Assembly (NCBI GenBank): GCA_001643675.2
Contig: LSRY02000030.1
Span: 62,001 to 126,000 of the forward strand
Direction: 5' to 3'
Length of the DNA: 64,000 bases
Origin: Monocercomonoides exilis PA203
Lineage: Eukaryota > Protista > Preaxostyla
Program-made: the position numbers and the translations under genes
In this document: in pieces, positions 1 through 10,929 of the stretch
How positions within the stretch are numbered: the stretch's first letter is position 1
Layout of the letters: each line of letters opens with the position of its first letter
The notes under the pieces: generated by a model
Databases searched by the model: none
What the model saw: the letters and a program-made list of their open reading frames with translations, nothing else
Told to the model about the DNA's origin: nothing

Positions 1-3000
1 ACTCTCCTCCATATTTCGCCCCATACGCTATCGTCAGCGACTCAAACTCCAGTATCTTCTCGTTCTTCATAAACACTCCGTTTTCATCTCCAACCTCAAG
101 CGCCTCAGGGAAGTACAGCGTCGGCTCCTGCCCATCCCCTGCCTGCTCTCCCGCAAACTTCACCCCTTTCTCAAAGTTCCACGTCACTCCGCTTTCCACA
201 TGCGCCCCATGCTCTATCGCCAACGTCTTCTTCACACCATCCACAAATCGCGACTCAAGCGTGAACTTCATCGATCGGCACGGATATCGGTCTGTCCCGC
301 AATACTCTGCGTCTGTTCCATCCATTTCGCATATCGCCACTTTCTCTCCTTTCACAAACGCCGTGTAGAAATGCTTCAGATCAATGCTTCCTCCCCGCGC
401 ATCCACTCCAACAATCGCATTCGCTTCCGCCCCACTCACAAGCTCTTTCGGAATCCTTTCTTGCACAACCATCTTCCGCAGATCATTGCACATCAAATAA
501 ACATTCGTCCCCGTCTGCGCTTCGTTCCCTCCAAACGTCGTCGTCGCATCAATCGTCACAATCCCTTCCTGCATCCTTATGTGCACTCCTCCTCCTTCTC
601 CTGCCTCCTTGCTGCACTTGCAGTTCTCAAACTTGCTGTTCTTCTCAATAGAAACTCTTGTTGCCGATTCAATCGTCACCGCCCCTCCTTTCGTCGATCC
701 CGGCGACGAAATATCTTTGAACGTCGTTTGCATCGCACCAAACGCTCCATTTAGTGAATCCACATGCACTGCCACTCCGCTTCCGCAATGGCATCCCGTG
801 ATCTTCGAAATCGTGCTTTCTCCCAGATACACTCCTCCTTCCGCACCGCTCTTCTCAATCAGCCAGTGCGCCCCTTCAAGCGTAAACCCGCTTATCGTCA
901 CCTTCGTGCACTCAAGCGTTCCTTGAACATTCAACAGCGACACCTTGAACTTCTTTTCCCCTGAATACCCTTCCTCCGGCTTCAACTCACACTCCACAAT
1001 CCCCATCGTCCCTTTATCTGCAACTGACACAATCGCTGACTCAACATTCCCTTCCTTCTCCGACGAGTGCACCACCACAAACCTCTCCAAAAACATCCCT
1101 CCGCTCTTCACCTCAATCAACGCCTTCGCATCTTCTTTCTTCTCGTTCCTCGTTTCAATCCGCCCTTTCCCATTCTCCGGCCCTGACACTCTCACCAGCC
1201 CTTCCGCAACCGTGATCGTTTCTTTCTCGTTCGCAAACGTCCCACTCCCCACAACTCTCCCATACACCCACCTGTACCCTTCACTCGTGCTCTCATCAAC
1301 TGCTTTCTTCAGCGTCTTGCACTTCTGCGTCACCCTTCCGCAGTTCTCCAAATCCTCCCCACTCGCATCCTCCGCATACCGCACTCGGTAATCTTCCCCA
1401 ATAAACTCCTTCTGCGCTCCTTCCGCCTGCCCTTTGTAGTACACTCGCTCATCTGCATCGCTCGTCGTCATACTCTTCAAAAACGGCGAATCCTCCTTCC
1501 CAATGTCTGCTGCCCCCGCTTCCTCCAGATACACATCTATCCCGTGCCCGTCTCCTTGCTTAGCATTCTCCGAAAACACAACATGGAACTTCTTCCCAAA
1601 CACCGCACTCTTCGTCTTCAGATACATCCCTCCTCCATTCTTGCTCGTGCACTTCTTAATCTCCACATACTCCAGCCCAATAGAGTTCGCTGTAATCCCA
1701 TCACCCGTCATCTCAATGTGCATCGCCCCACCACTCTCGCTTGCTGTGCACGAATCAAACACCATCGCCGTCGTCGTTTCCGATCTCACACTCAACGCTG
1801 CACATTCTTTCCCGTAGATCGCTCCTCCTTTCCCGTTCGCCCCCGTCGCTTTGCACTCCACAAAGTCCGTCTGCTTCACTGTCACACTCCCAAATTCACA
1901 CCCAACTACTCCTCCTTTCCCATCCTTGTGGCTGTTCTCTATCTTCGCAAACTTGCACAGATCCAGCACCACACTGCTCGTCTTCACATTCTCTCCGTTT
2001 CCACACCGGATAAGCCCATATTCTCCATCTACCATCATCCCCGTGTATGTGCACCCCGTCAGCGTCAACGCCCCTTCAACAACCACAAACGCTGACACTC
2101 CAAAGTGCATCGTCTCTCCTCCTTCCAGCCCAAACCCACTGAACTCTGCACTTCCTCCTTCCATACGCAAAACACTGTACTCAATCGTCTTCCCTGCCTC
2201 AAACACTGCCTTCCCTCCCGAAGCGGCCAGGCTTCCTCCCACAATCGTCTTAAACAGCGCAACAGGAGAGCATCCACAAAGCATCTTTTCAAACGCCACA
2301 GGCACACTCGCTTCAATTCCACTCAGCTTCAATTTCCCCGTCACCTTGAAGTATCCCCCATCCTCTTCAACTTCTCCCTTCTTCCCTACCGTCACCTTCG
2401 CCTCCTTGTATTCTCCATCGTTCCACGCCACCATCGTTATCAACGCCTGAACAACACTCGGCGCCGTAAACTCATACTCTTCTCCTCCTTTCATGTGGAT
2501 CGTCTTCGCATCAAGCTTGCTGATGTGTCTGATGCACTCTTCTATCGTCTGGCACGGATAATGCTCCGACCCACAGTACTTCTCATCCTTCCCTGACACA
2601 CTCGAAACATACATCTCCGAATCTTCGTATTTCTCAAAGAACGTGTACAGGTCAATCGCATACGTCCCAAAGTCTACCCCATCAGTACCTACCATCTCGT
2701 TCCCAACCTTCGACAACGCCGCCTTGCTGAAGTGCTCTTCCGTCACAAGATGCTTCAAGTTTCCTCCTTTCAAGTACACCGTCTTCCCTTCTTTCGCAAC
2801 ATTCCCTTCTGCAACCATCGTCCCAAACAGCCCACTGTCCATCGTCGCCCAAATAATCTCAACATACACCGCTCCTCCTTGCCCTTCTGAATTCCCTTTG
2901 CACCCTCTAAACGTGTTCGTCTCCGTAAACCGCACTCTCGCCTTCTCGTTCTCCGCCACTATGCAGAACGCCCCTCCTTTCTTCGACGTTTCCGACACAC

Positions 3001-6000
3001 ACCTCTCAAACGTGCACTTGCTCACACTAAGCTCCATCTCATGATCCTTCATATCCACCGTCAAAATCGCTGCCTCTCCGTTCGGGCAGCACTTCGCCGT
3101 GATGTCCTGAGCCGTCACCCCGTTCATCTCAATACTCGCTTTCTCCACTGCCTCAACACCAAACAGCGAGCTTCCATAAATACTGAACCCTTCAATACGC
3201 ACCGTGAGCATCTCGCATCTCCCTCCTTTCATCAGGAACATCGGAACCGTAAAGTCTCCCTTTCCATCTCCTTCCGCTTCTTGCTTGATGTACATTTCCC
3301 TCATAAACAGCATCCCTCCTGCCTCAACATCAAACAGTCGCGTCCCTCTGTTTCCTTTCTTTCCAGAGTCATGGATAAAATTAATTTTAGCTAAAACAAA
3401 GTATGCTCCATTTGATACAGTAACAAAAGCTTTTTCTAAAGGTTCATCTTCAAACATTGTGAAACATTTTGTAACTTCTTCATCATAAGAACCAAATACA
3501 AAGCTTTGTTTGCCTGCTGTTGGTTCAATTGAAGTAAATTCCTCTTTGAAGTCTCCTCCTTTGCATTGTAAAGAAATTTTAGGCTTGTCTCCAATCAAGC
3601 TCAGCGCTTTGTGGATCGTCTTGCATGCCACTTCTCCATCTGTTTTGCACGCCGCATCATCTCCAGCAACCGGATCAACATCGATTGGATCTTTCACATA
3701 ATCAATCCAGTCTTTCTCTCCTTGGTCCTCTTCAGTCTTGTAATAGTACAATTTATCAACTGTCCTTGTTGCTGAACACAGTTTGAAGTCATCCTTTTCA
3801 AACGCTGTCCCGCATTCATCATACAGATACACTCCGTTTCCTTTCGTTCCTATATTCTCAGAAAATTCAAATTCCATCTTCACTGGCTTCTCCTTCAACT
3901 TCAAATACGCTCCTCCTCCATTCTCCCCATTGCATCCCGTAAACATAACATTATTGAAAATTGACCCCAATGGAATGTTTTCAATATATATCCCTCCTCC
4001 GTTTCCATTCACAGCACCGCAAAATTCAAACTGTACCATATGCATCTCAAACTTGCTCGTCACCCCTTTCACATACAGCGCTCCTCCATATCCTTTCTCT
4101 CCTTTCACTTGAGATTGAACAAAACTATTTGTATGAAACGCTGTTTTCACATCAAGCACAAAACTGTCTATCCCTTCAACGCACAATGCTCCTCCTTTCC
4201 CTCCTTCTTTCTCGTTGCTGCATGATTCAAACGTGCAATCTGTAATCCTCAGCTTGCTTTGCGCTCCCGTCATCACAAGCACACTGGCTTGCACTTTCGA
4301 CACAACAGATGCAAACTCACATCCAACAAGTTCAATCTCATTCTCTCCAATCTGCAGTGCAGATCCTGTGTTAATTGTCATTCCATTGATTTTCAGCTTT
4401 TCAATCGTCGCTTCCACTCCTTTCTCTATCACAATAGGGCTCTTCTCGAATTTTGAATTTCCTTCCTGAACAGTTCGTTCCAATCGTACGTCATTCAATA
4501 TCACTTTCCCATTTACGCAATGAATTAATTGGTAATTTGCATTAATTTCATTGCTTGTATCAAATATGATGCTACTCAATACTAATTCCTTATTATTTGA
4601 TGATTTTATTAGAGTTGATGAATGACATCCAGAAATTAAGCTGTTCGGTATTTTAATGTTAAGTGCTGTAAAAGTCATATCAGTTTTGCATTCAATAATG
4701 CCTGAATCTTCTGTCTTGGCAATTGTTGATTCTTCAAAAATTATCTGATTGAATGGTCCGTCAATTGATGTTATGGCAGTCTTAGTTTTGCCCCATTCCA
4801 AAAATGGTTCAATTGACACGCCTGAGCACACGTAAATGATGTTATAGTCTTCGGTCTTCAAAATATTGGAAAGAAGGTAGCTCAAAGTTTTGCATGGATA
4901 TGACGGTTTTTGTCCACAATATTGCGAATCCTGCTCATTGTTAAGTGATCCAACATATCCTGTTGGAACTTTATTTGCAGGTGTGACGAAAAATGAAAGT
5001 TCAATTGGATTTGCTTGTGTATAGATATCCATCCCCATTGTCTTTTCGGTAGATCCTGTAATTAAAGAAGTGTCAATTTTACTTTCAGTCACAACATTTC
5101 GAAGGTTATTGGAAGAAATGAAGAAATCTTTAGCTTCAGTTGCTTCATTATCTGTATATGTCTTTTCCTCAATTCTCAGATCAGTGCAATCTCCCAATTC
5201 TAAATAAAATGCACCTCCCCTTCCTCCGGCTTTGCATCTTGTGAATGATGATGAAATTTTGATAATTGAATCTGGTCTTAGGCGAGAATCAATATGCATT
5301 GCTCCTCCAGTTGTTGATTTCAGAGACGAACAGTCTGTGAATTCGCAATTCGTAATCGTCAATTTTGACTTGTCGGTGTTCCCAAGAACAGCTTGCAAAA
5401 CTGCAGGGACATCTTCGCAATCGACAGATATGGAATTAAATCTGGATTCTTCAAATTCCAGTGTGATATAACTGTTTTTACAGCTAATTAATGGACATTT
5501 ATAAAATCGATAGTTATTAATTGTAACGTCGCTCAATCCAAGTTCTCCTTGAACTTTGAAGAGAGAGTGAGACAATCTTGTGCTTTGATCTAATGCAGCT
5601 GTTGGGTGAATTTCACATTGAGAAATATGTGTACCGGCTTTGTCATTAAGTATCTCGAGCAAATAGACTGCGTTTTCGTTTTGAGGGTCTACAGAATGAA
5701 TTATCACCAAATTATTAATTTCCAGCTGGCACACACAAGTCTGTTTCAGCAATGTTTCTTGATTTTTGTTGCCTTCTGTGACAATTGACGTTGTTAGCGG
5801 CGTTCCTTCAATTCCATTGATAGCATAAGAACAATCTTTTGTCAAATCAATTGTTTGGATATGTTGTTTGTATTCCTTATCTTCAAATAAATTTGCTTCC
5901 TGAGCATAATGCGTTATTGCTAAGTTAAATGCAACGTTTATTGATGCGCATGCAGCTTTATCCGAAATTCCGCAAAAATCAGAATCGATTCCACCATCAG

Positions 6001-8434
6001 CAGCAACTTTCCTGCTTTTCGAGCCATATTTTATCCAAGGCTTATGTTCATGAACAGCGTTAGAAGATAAAAAGAATCGTGTTTCTTCATCTGCATCTGA
6101 AAATGAATCTGTAAACGGATCTGCTTCCAATGGAATTTGTCGATTATCAACGAAATATACATCAACTCCCTTATCTTGGTCTGCTGTTGTCACAGAATTT
6201 TCCTCAAAAATGATAGCTTCCAGCTTGTCTCCCTCGTTTCTTTCGCGGAAATTTCTGCTTTGTGTAGCAGCATCATTTCTTTCAATAAAGATTCCAGCAC
6301 CTTTTAATGCAGTGCATTTCTGAAATAGGCATTGAGTCATTTCCAATCCTGTAATTCCTGTTAAATGTAATGCTGCTCCTTTACCTTCATTTGAGGTACA
6401 CTCTGTAAAAATGACTTCATTTAATTTGAGAGTGGTGGCTCCAAGACTAGTCTCAATTGTTACAGCACCATAAGTTTTAGAAGTGCACATCATAAAGCTC
6501 GACGATGACAGAGTTACAGAAAGTTGTGCTTTCGATAGAATGCTCAAGCATGAAGCAGAGTTCGCTGAGCTGACCGACTGCATCAAAAGTTCGAACTGGA
6601 TAGAAATTATATCATTTGCAGAGCGTATACCGTTAGACGGAGCAGGAGTGTCAACCATTTCAATTGCGGATCCTTGATTTATGTTCATATTCGTTAGCAC
6701 GTGCAATGAAACTGGCTGAGTGAAAGTTACTGCATCGATATAAAACAGAAATGGCGATTTCGCAAAAGTGCATGGCCCTTCAGCATTTCCATTTATTGAA
6801 ATCTCGTTAAATACAACTGTACCTTTCTGAGCAAACAGCACGGCATAATCGATTTCTTCGTTAGCTGGCATGTCGAAGACAACACCAGAAAGATGCAATT
6901 CTCCATCTGAATTGAAGTTCATGAAGTATCCTGGCTTTGTTACTCCTGTAAACTTTGATGGTAACGAGAAAAAGATGTACTTTGCAGAAAAAGGAAGCTT
7001 TGCAAGCAAAATTGCTCCTCCTTCTGAATCTGCTAAAACGGTTTCTGGGTAAGTAATAGCGTTAAATACATTTTCAACTCCGTTTAATGAAAGCTTCGAA
7101 GGGCTTTCACCTTCGTTTAGAATTATTTGATCTCCAACAGTCGATTGAAGGATATCGAAAGTACATTCGCCAGTAGTATCCCAATGCTCCTTTGCAATCG
7201 CAATTGAAGCACAAGGATAATATGTCACTCCGCAAAATCTCCAATCTCCGCCTGTAGCTTGATCAACAAGTACATTATTCAAAACAGTTTTTCTATCTTC
7301 TTTGTAATAGTAAACGTCAATAGGATGAGCAAAGTCGTTGCCTCCGCAAAGTACAAAGTCATTGCTTGGTGATGTTAAAGTTTCAGAAATTGATTTAAGT
7401 GCGTCATCGCAGCCTTCCAATGAGGCATGGTCTATGTATAAGTTATTTCCCAAATATGCGACGTTGTTTTCGAAAGCAACAGAATCTGTTGTAAATGTAA
7501 AAATTCCTCCACTTTCAAACTTAATTGCCAAAGCTGCACCGCATCCATCCGTTTTGCAGTTCTTAAATGAGCTTCCAGTACCTGTTATCTCAAACTTTGA
7601 ATCTGTGTTATTCGATTCATAGTTAATTATCCCACCAAGATTTGTTTTTTGTTCAACAGAAGAAGTGCAACTATCAAAAGTACAGTCATTGAGTGTAGCA
7701 GTAGTTGCAACTTCGAGCGTACTGAAAATTCTTATGGGGGATCCAGATAAAACTTTGGCTTTGTTAATGGAGACTGTTGAAAGTAATACCTTGTTTGAAT
7801 CCACGATATCAAAAATATTTGAAGCAAATGATACAACGTTTGTAGGATCAAAGGCAGTATTTTCCATTGTAAATTCACTTTTCGAAATAATTACATATTT
7901 AAACTTGATATCAACAAAAGTTTGGGTATCGAATATAGCATTTGAAATTGTTAGTTTTCCATTGCTTGAAGAGATAAGCGCTTGAGGTTTCTTTCCGCAT
8001 GTATCTTTAAATGCAGATGGCAATGAAAATTTTATATAATCAAATTTTAGTTCTCCTGCATCATCTTTATCAAAGACTGCTTTCTGCTGATCAATTACAT
8101 CCAAATCTTCGGAAAAACGTAAGTCTGCCTTGTTGTTATCAGAACTTTCTATGTGAATACTTTGTCCAAAATCCCATTGAATTTGAGATTCTGCATCAAC
8201 ATCTGTAACAATCTTAATTGAGCAAGGCTGAGAATGATCGAGAATTGAAACGGCTTTATTAAATGTTAAGCAAGGGTTGTCAACAGTGCATTGGTCCCCA
8301 GTTCCCTGGCTGCTGATCCATGCTTCAGTGACAGTCTGAGCATAAAAAACTTGAAAAAGAAGAGCAACTAATCTTATTGATAAAAATGAGCTATAAGCAA
8401 TATTGCATCGAAATTTCTTCATATATATTACCAT
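1..8434 (-). CDS. Giant secreted/surface Cys-rich right-handed beta-helix (pectin-lyase/Pmp-like) repeat protein, >2,800 aa, 3' end beyond window
   Basis: Absent from the ORF track, probably because no stop falls in the window. ATG at 8434 (in-frame ATG at 8422) gives MVIYMKKFRCNIAYSSFLSIRLVALLFQVFYAQ, a signal-peptide-like start. The same frame was confirmed at 7213, 4894, 2554 and 4. Recurrent GGAI/GGAF + FxxC motifs and modules such as GDQCTVDNPCLTF, GDWRFCGVTYYPCASI, QDSQYCGQKPSYPCKTL and GKDEKYCGSEHYPCQTI. Confidence 0.85.
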   Translation of the reverse strand, partial: MVIYMKKFRCNIAYSSFLSIRLVALLFQVFYAQTVTEAWISSQGTGDQCTVDNPCLTFNKAVSILDHSQPCSIKIVTDVDAESQIQWDFGQSIHIESSDNNKADLRFSEDLDVIDQQKAVFDKDDAGELKFDYIKFSLPSAFKDTCGKKPQALISSSNGKLTISNAIFDTQTFVDIKFKYVIISKSEFTMENTAFDPTNVVSFASNIFDIVDSNKVLLSTVSINKAKVLSGSPIRIFSTLEVATTATLNDCTFDSCTSSVEQKTNLGGIINYESNNTDSKFEITGTGSSFKNCKTDGCGAALAIKFESGGIFTFTTDSVAFENNVAYLGNNLYIDHASLEGCDDALKSISETLTSPSNDFVLCGGNDFAHPIDVYYYKEDRKTVLNNVLVDQATGGDWRFCGVTYYPCASIAIAKEHWDTTGECTFDILQSTVGDQIILNEGESPSKLSLNGVENVFNAITYPETVLADSEGGAILLAKLPFSAKYIFFSLPSKFTGVTKPGYFMNFNSDGELHLSGVVFDMPANEEIDYAVLFAQKGTVVFNEISINGNAEGPCTFAKSPFLFYIDAVTFTQPVSLHVLTNMNINQGSAIEMVDTPAPSNGIRSANDIISIQFELLMQSVSSANSASCLSILSKAQLSVTLSSSSFMMCTSKTYGAVTIETSLGATTLKLNEVIFTECTSNEGKGAALHLTGITGLEMTQCLFQKCTALKGAGIFIERNDAATQSRNFRERNEGDKLEAIIFEENSVTTADQDKGVDVYFVDNRQIPLEADPFTDSFSDADEETRFFLSSNAVHEHKPWIKYGSKSRKVAADGGIDSDFCGISDKAACASINVAFNLAITHYAQEANLFEDKEYKQHIQTIDLTKDCSYAINGIEGTPLTTSIVTEGNKNQETLLKQTCVCQLEINNLVIIHSVDPQNENAVYLLEILNDKAGTHISQCEIHPTAALDQSTRLSHSLFKVQGELGLSDVTINNYRFYKCPLISCKNSYITLEFEESRFNSISVDCEDVPAVLQAVLGNTDKSKLTITNCEFTDCSSLKSTTGGAMHIDSRLRPDSIIKISSSFTRCKAGGRGGAFYLELGDCTDLRIEEKTYTDNEATEAKDFFISSNNLRNVVTESKIDTSLITGSTEKTMGMDIYTQANPIELSFFVTPANKVPTGYVGSLNNEQDSQYCGQKPSYPCKTLSYLLSNILKTEDYNIIYVCSGVSIEPFLEWGKTKTAITSIDGPFNQIIFEESTIAKTEDSGIIECKTDMTFTALNIKIPNSLISGCHSSTLIKSSNNKELVLSSIIFDTSNEINANYQLIHCVNGKVILNDVRLERTVQEGNSKFEKSPIVIEKGVEATIEKLKINGMTINTGSALQIGENEIELVGCEFASVVSKVQASVLVMTGAQSKLRITDCTFESCSNEKEGGKGGALCVEGIDSFVLDVKTAFHTNSFVQSQVKGEKGYGGALYVKGVTSKFEMHMVQFEFCGAVNGNGGGIYIENIPLGSIFNNVMFTGCNGENGGGAYLKLKEKPVKMEFEFSENIGTKGNGVYLYDECGTAFEKDDFKLCSATRTVDKLYYYKTEEDQGEKDWIDYVKDPIDVDPVAGDDAACKTDGEVACKTIHKALSLIGDKPKISLQCKGGDFKEEFTSIEPTAGKQSFVFGSYDEEVTKCFTMFEDEPLEKAFVTVSNGAYFVLAKINFIHDSGKKGNRGTRLFDVEAGGMLFMREMYIKQEAEGDGKGDFTVPMFLMKGGRCEMLTVRIEGFSIYGSSLFGVEAVEKASIEMNGVTAQDITAKCCPNGEAAILTVDMKDHEMELSVSKCTFERCVSETSKKGGAFCIVAENEKARVRFTETNTFRGCKGNSEGQGGAVYVEIIWATMDSGLFGTMVAEGNVAKEGKTVYLKGGNLKHLVTEEHFSKAALSKVGNEMVGTDGVDFGTYAIDLYTFFEKYEDSEMYVSSVSGKDEKYCGSEHYPCQTIEECIRHISKLDAKTIHMKGGEEYEFTAPSVVQALITMVAWNDGEYKEAKVTVGKKGEVEEDGGYFKVTGKLKLSGIEASVPVAFEKMLCGCSPVALFKTIVGGSLAASGGKAVFEAGKTIEYSVLRMEGGSAEFSGFGLEGGETMHFGVSAFVVVEGALTLTGCTYTGMMVDGEYGLIRCGNGENVKTSSVVLDLCKFAKIENSHKDGKGGVVGCEFGSVTVKQTDFVECKATGANGKGGAIYGKECAALSVRSETTTAMVFDSCTASESGGAMHIEMTGDGITANSIGLEYVEIKKCTSKNGGGMYLKTKSAVFGKKFHVVFSENAKQGDGHGIDVYLEEAGAADIGKEDSPFLKSMTTSDADERVYYKGQAEGAQKEFIGEDYRVRYAEDASGEDLENCGRVTQKCKTLKKAVDESTSEGYRWVYGRVVGSGTFANEKETITVAEGLVRVSGPENGKGRIETRNEKKEDAKALIEVKSGGMFLERFVVVHSSEKEGNVESAIVSVADKGTMGIVECELKPEEGYSGEKKFKVSLLNVQGTLECTKVTISGFTLEGAHWLIEKSGAEGGVYLGESTISKITGCHCGSGVAVHVDSLNGAFGAMQTTFKDISSPGSTKGGAVTIESATRVSIEKNSKFENCKCSKEAGEGGGVHIRMQEGIVTIDATTTFGGNEAQTGTNVYLMCNDLRKMVVQERIPKELVSGAEANAIVGVDARGGSIDLKHFYTAFVKGEKVAICEMDGTDAEYCGTDRYPCRSMKFTLESRFVDGVKKTLAIEHGAHVESGVTWNFEKGVKFAGEQAGDGQEPTLYFPEALEVGDENGVFMKNEKILEFESLTIAYGAKYGGE

Positions 8435-8885
8435 TTTGTGACTGGAAAAAGTAGTTTCCAGATCCAAAAAAAAGATCAAATATTACCTTAACTGATTAAA
8501 GAAAAATGATTTTTTGATTTAATAAATAAAATAATATTCTTTTGAACGCTATTGTTAATAAATGAAACGAAATATTTTTTCCAAAAGTTTTGATAAAAAT
8601 GTTGCTCCAAAAGTTTTTCTCATTCGATTTACTTTCAATCGATAATAAAAAAACTTACAAAGTTGAAAGTTCTTAAAAAATTTCAATTTTTCAATCAGTT
8701 GAGAAAAATCATTAGATGACAAAAAAAACAAATGTGGTTATGGAAATATCACAATTATTTCCTATTTCAATCATTTTTCATCTCTTTTGAGATTCTTTTT
8801 AACGCTTTTTTTTTGAAAAAGTTCGAAATTTGATTTTTGAAAAATTCTGATTTGTATTATTTCAGTTTTATAAATAACATACTAT

Positions 8886-8889
<4 letters not shown>

Positions 8890-8933
<44 letters not shown>
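8890..8933. repeat. poly(A) tract (~44 nt)
   Basis: Directly visible homopolymer. Confidence 0.9.
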
Positions 8934-8935
<2 letters not shown>

Positions 8936-9027
8936 AAAAAGAAAAGTGATGTTTTTTGTAAATCCAATTCTATGTGTGATAAGCATGGTAATCACTATTT
9001 TCTTTTGAACATTTCAAAAGACATATT

Positions 9028-9527
9028 GGGTGATTATTTTCGATATCAGATGGATAATTATTTTTGAAAAGTCGCAAATGTTAAATTTTCTAATAAATCA
9101 AAAATCACATATCTTGATCAAATTTCAGTTCCCGCTCATGCAACTTTACAGGAATGTGTTAAATAGCATTGTAAAATTATATCCTCCGCTTTGGTGAAGT
9201 TGCATAAGCGGAAACTGTAATTTGATCAAGATATGAAATTTTTGATTTATTAGAAAATTTAACATCTGCGACTTTTCATAAATAATTACCCATATGTTTC
9301 CATATAAAAAATTCGGTTCGAAAATATCCCTTGAATGCCGCAAAATGAAGATTGAAAAATGAAAAGGCCAATAAGAAACATTTTCATTTTTATTTGAGCT
9401 ATAACATTTGTTTTGATTACAGTTGTGATAATTCAACAATTCAAACATAAAGTCACTTCCAAATGATAAACTACGTATGAAAAATCAACACCCCGAAAAA
9501 AATTTATGATTCCAAAAATAATCACCC
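9028..9527 (+). mobile_element. MITE family A copy 1, interrupted by nested MITE B
   Basis: Termini GGGTGATTATTTT...AAAATAATCACCC; the internal sequence aligns to the copies at 10554 and 13125. Confidence 0.8.
9052..9291. mobile_element. MITE family B (palindromic, ~95-bp imperfect arms), nested in A copy 1
   Basis: GGATAATTATTTTTGAAAAGTCGCAAATGTTAAA... pairs with ...TTTAACATCTGCGACTTTTCATAAATAATTACCC. Flanks are AGAT/ATAT at a site that is a single ATAT in intact A copies. Confidence 0.85.
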
Positions 9528-10146
9528 AACTCATCGATTTTTATCACATTCAATCAATAATTTAATGTCATTTCAAGTTTGTTTTAATATTTGCTTTATT
9601 GTTTTTTTATGAAATAAACAAAAATTCAAAGCTAAATAAAGAATCTCTCATTTGATTAAAGTTAGACAAAAATGTGGCTGTATTCCAATAAAGTTTCAAT
9701 TTTATCTTTCTTCTATTTTTGTTTTATCAAAAATAATCCCAATTTGAATTTGCAACTGTTTGCGTCATTCTTTTTGATAAGGAGAAGATGTTAAATATCA
9801 GTCTCAAAAAAAAAAAAAAATTGAACCTTATTTCTAATTTTTTTGTATTTTGTTTGGCAAGATTTTCCGAAATGCACCTATTCACCCATCAAAAAGGTAT
9901 GCACATTTTGATTTACAAAATAACAAAGAAAAAGAATATTCAGAAATAAAATGATCAAAAATATTATAATAATTTTTTTAACACTGCTTTCTTCACATTT
10001 GCGACTTTTCAAAAAGACAAACACATATGTAAGTCTTTGTAGAAAATAAAAAGAATGCAATCAAAACCTGATGTTCTCTCATCGAATATGATCAACATCA
10101 ATCATTATTCATTTTTTGTGCTTACCCATTTTTTCATTCAAAACAT

Positions 10147-10401
10147 GGGTGATTATTTTTGAAATAATAATTTTTTTTGTGTGTCGATGATTCAAAGATT
10201 GTTTGTCATTGGAAAGAGATTTTGAATTCAAATGCAAAAACTATCACAATTGTTTCAAAAGCAAATGTTTTTGTTGAAATAAAGATGAAGATGTTATAAA
10301 CATACCATTTCACTTTTTGTGTGTTCATTTATTAATATTCAAGGGAAATTTAAAAAACGAAAATAATGAAAGAAAAAATTAGTTTTCAAAAATAAATACC
10401 C
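10147..10401 (-). mobile_element. MITE family A copy 2 (reverse orientation)
   Basis: Same TIRs; internal sequence is the reverse complement of copies 3 and 5; flanked by direct ACAT/ACAT. Confidence 0.8.
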
Positions 10402-10553
10402 ACATATATTTTCCATTTCAAATCATCACAGTGGATATATGCATCATCACATTATGTTTTATAAAGCATCAATATTACTAAGAAAATTTAGTTATTTGAT
10501 AAAAAATTGATATTTTTTGCTTTTCAAAATAATGTTTGAATATGTCTGAATAT

Positions 10554-10809
10554 GGGTGTTTATTTTTGAAATCATATTTTTTCTTTCAGAATTTTCGGTC
10601 CAATATTTTCACTTTTTTTATCAACAAAAGAGCACAAAAAAATGAAAAGGTTTATTGAAAACATCAACATCTTTATTTGAGTATAAACATTAATTTTTAA
10701 TACAGTTGTGATAAAAACATACATAAAATACAAAAACTCTTCTTAATGACAAACAACCTTTGAAAAATAAACACCCCGAAAAAAGTTATGATTACAAAAA
10801 TAATTACCC
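10554..10809 (+). mobile_element. MITE family A copy 3
   Basis: ATAT|GGGTGTTTATTTTTGAAATCATA...TATGATTACAAAAATAATTACCC|ATAT. Confidence 0.85.
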
Positions 10810-10929
10810 ATATCACTATCAAACAATGAAAATTGTTCTTTATTGTTGAAAAACGAGTTTTTATTTAAAGAAATTTTCAGAAATATAATAACAGACTCAA
10901 ATTCATTTGCAAAATTTATGAATTATTTT

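Noticed and set aside
200-8208. About 30 plus-strand ORFs in the track
   Set aside because: Antisense shadows of the giant minus-strand gene; the C/T-rich strand is poor in stop codons.
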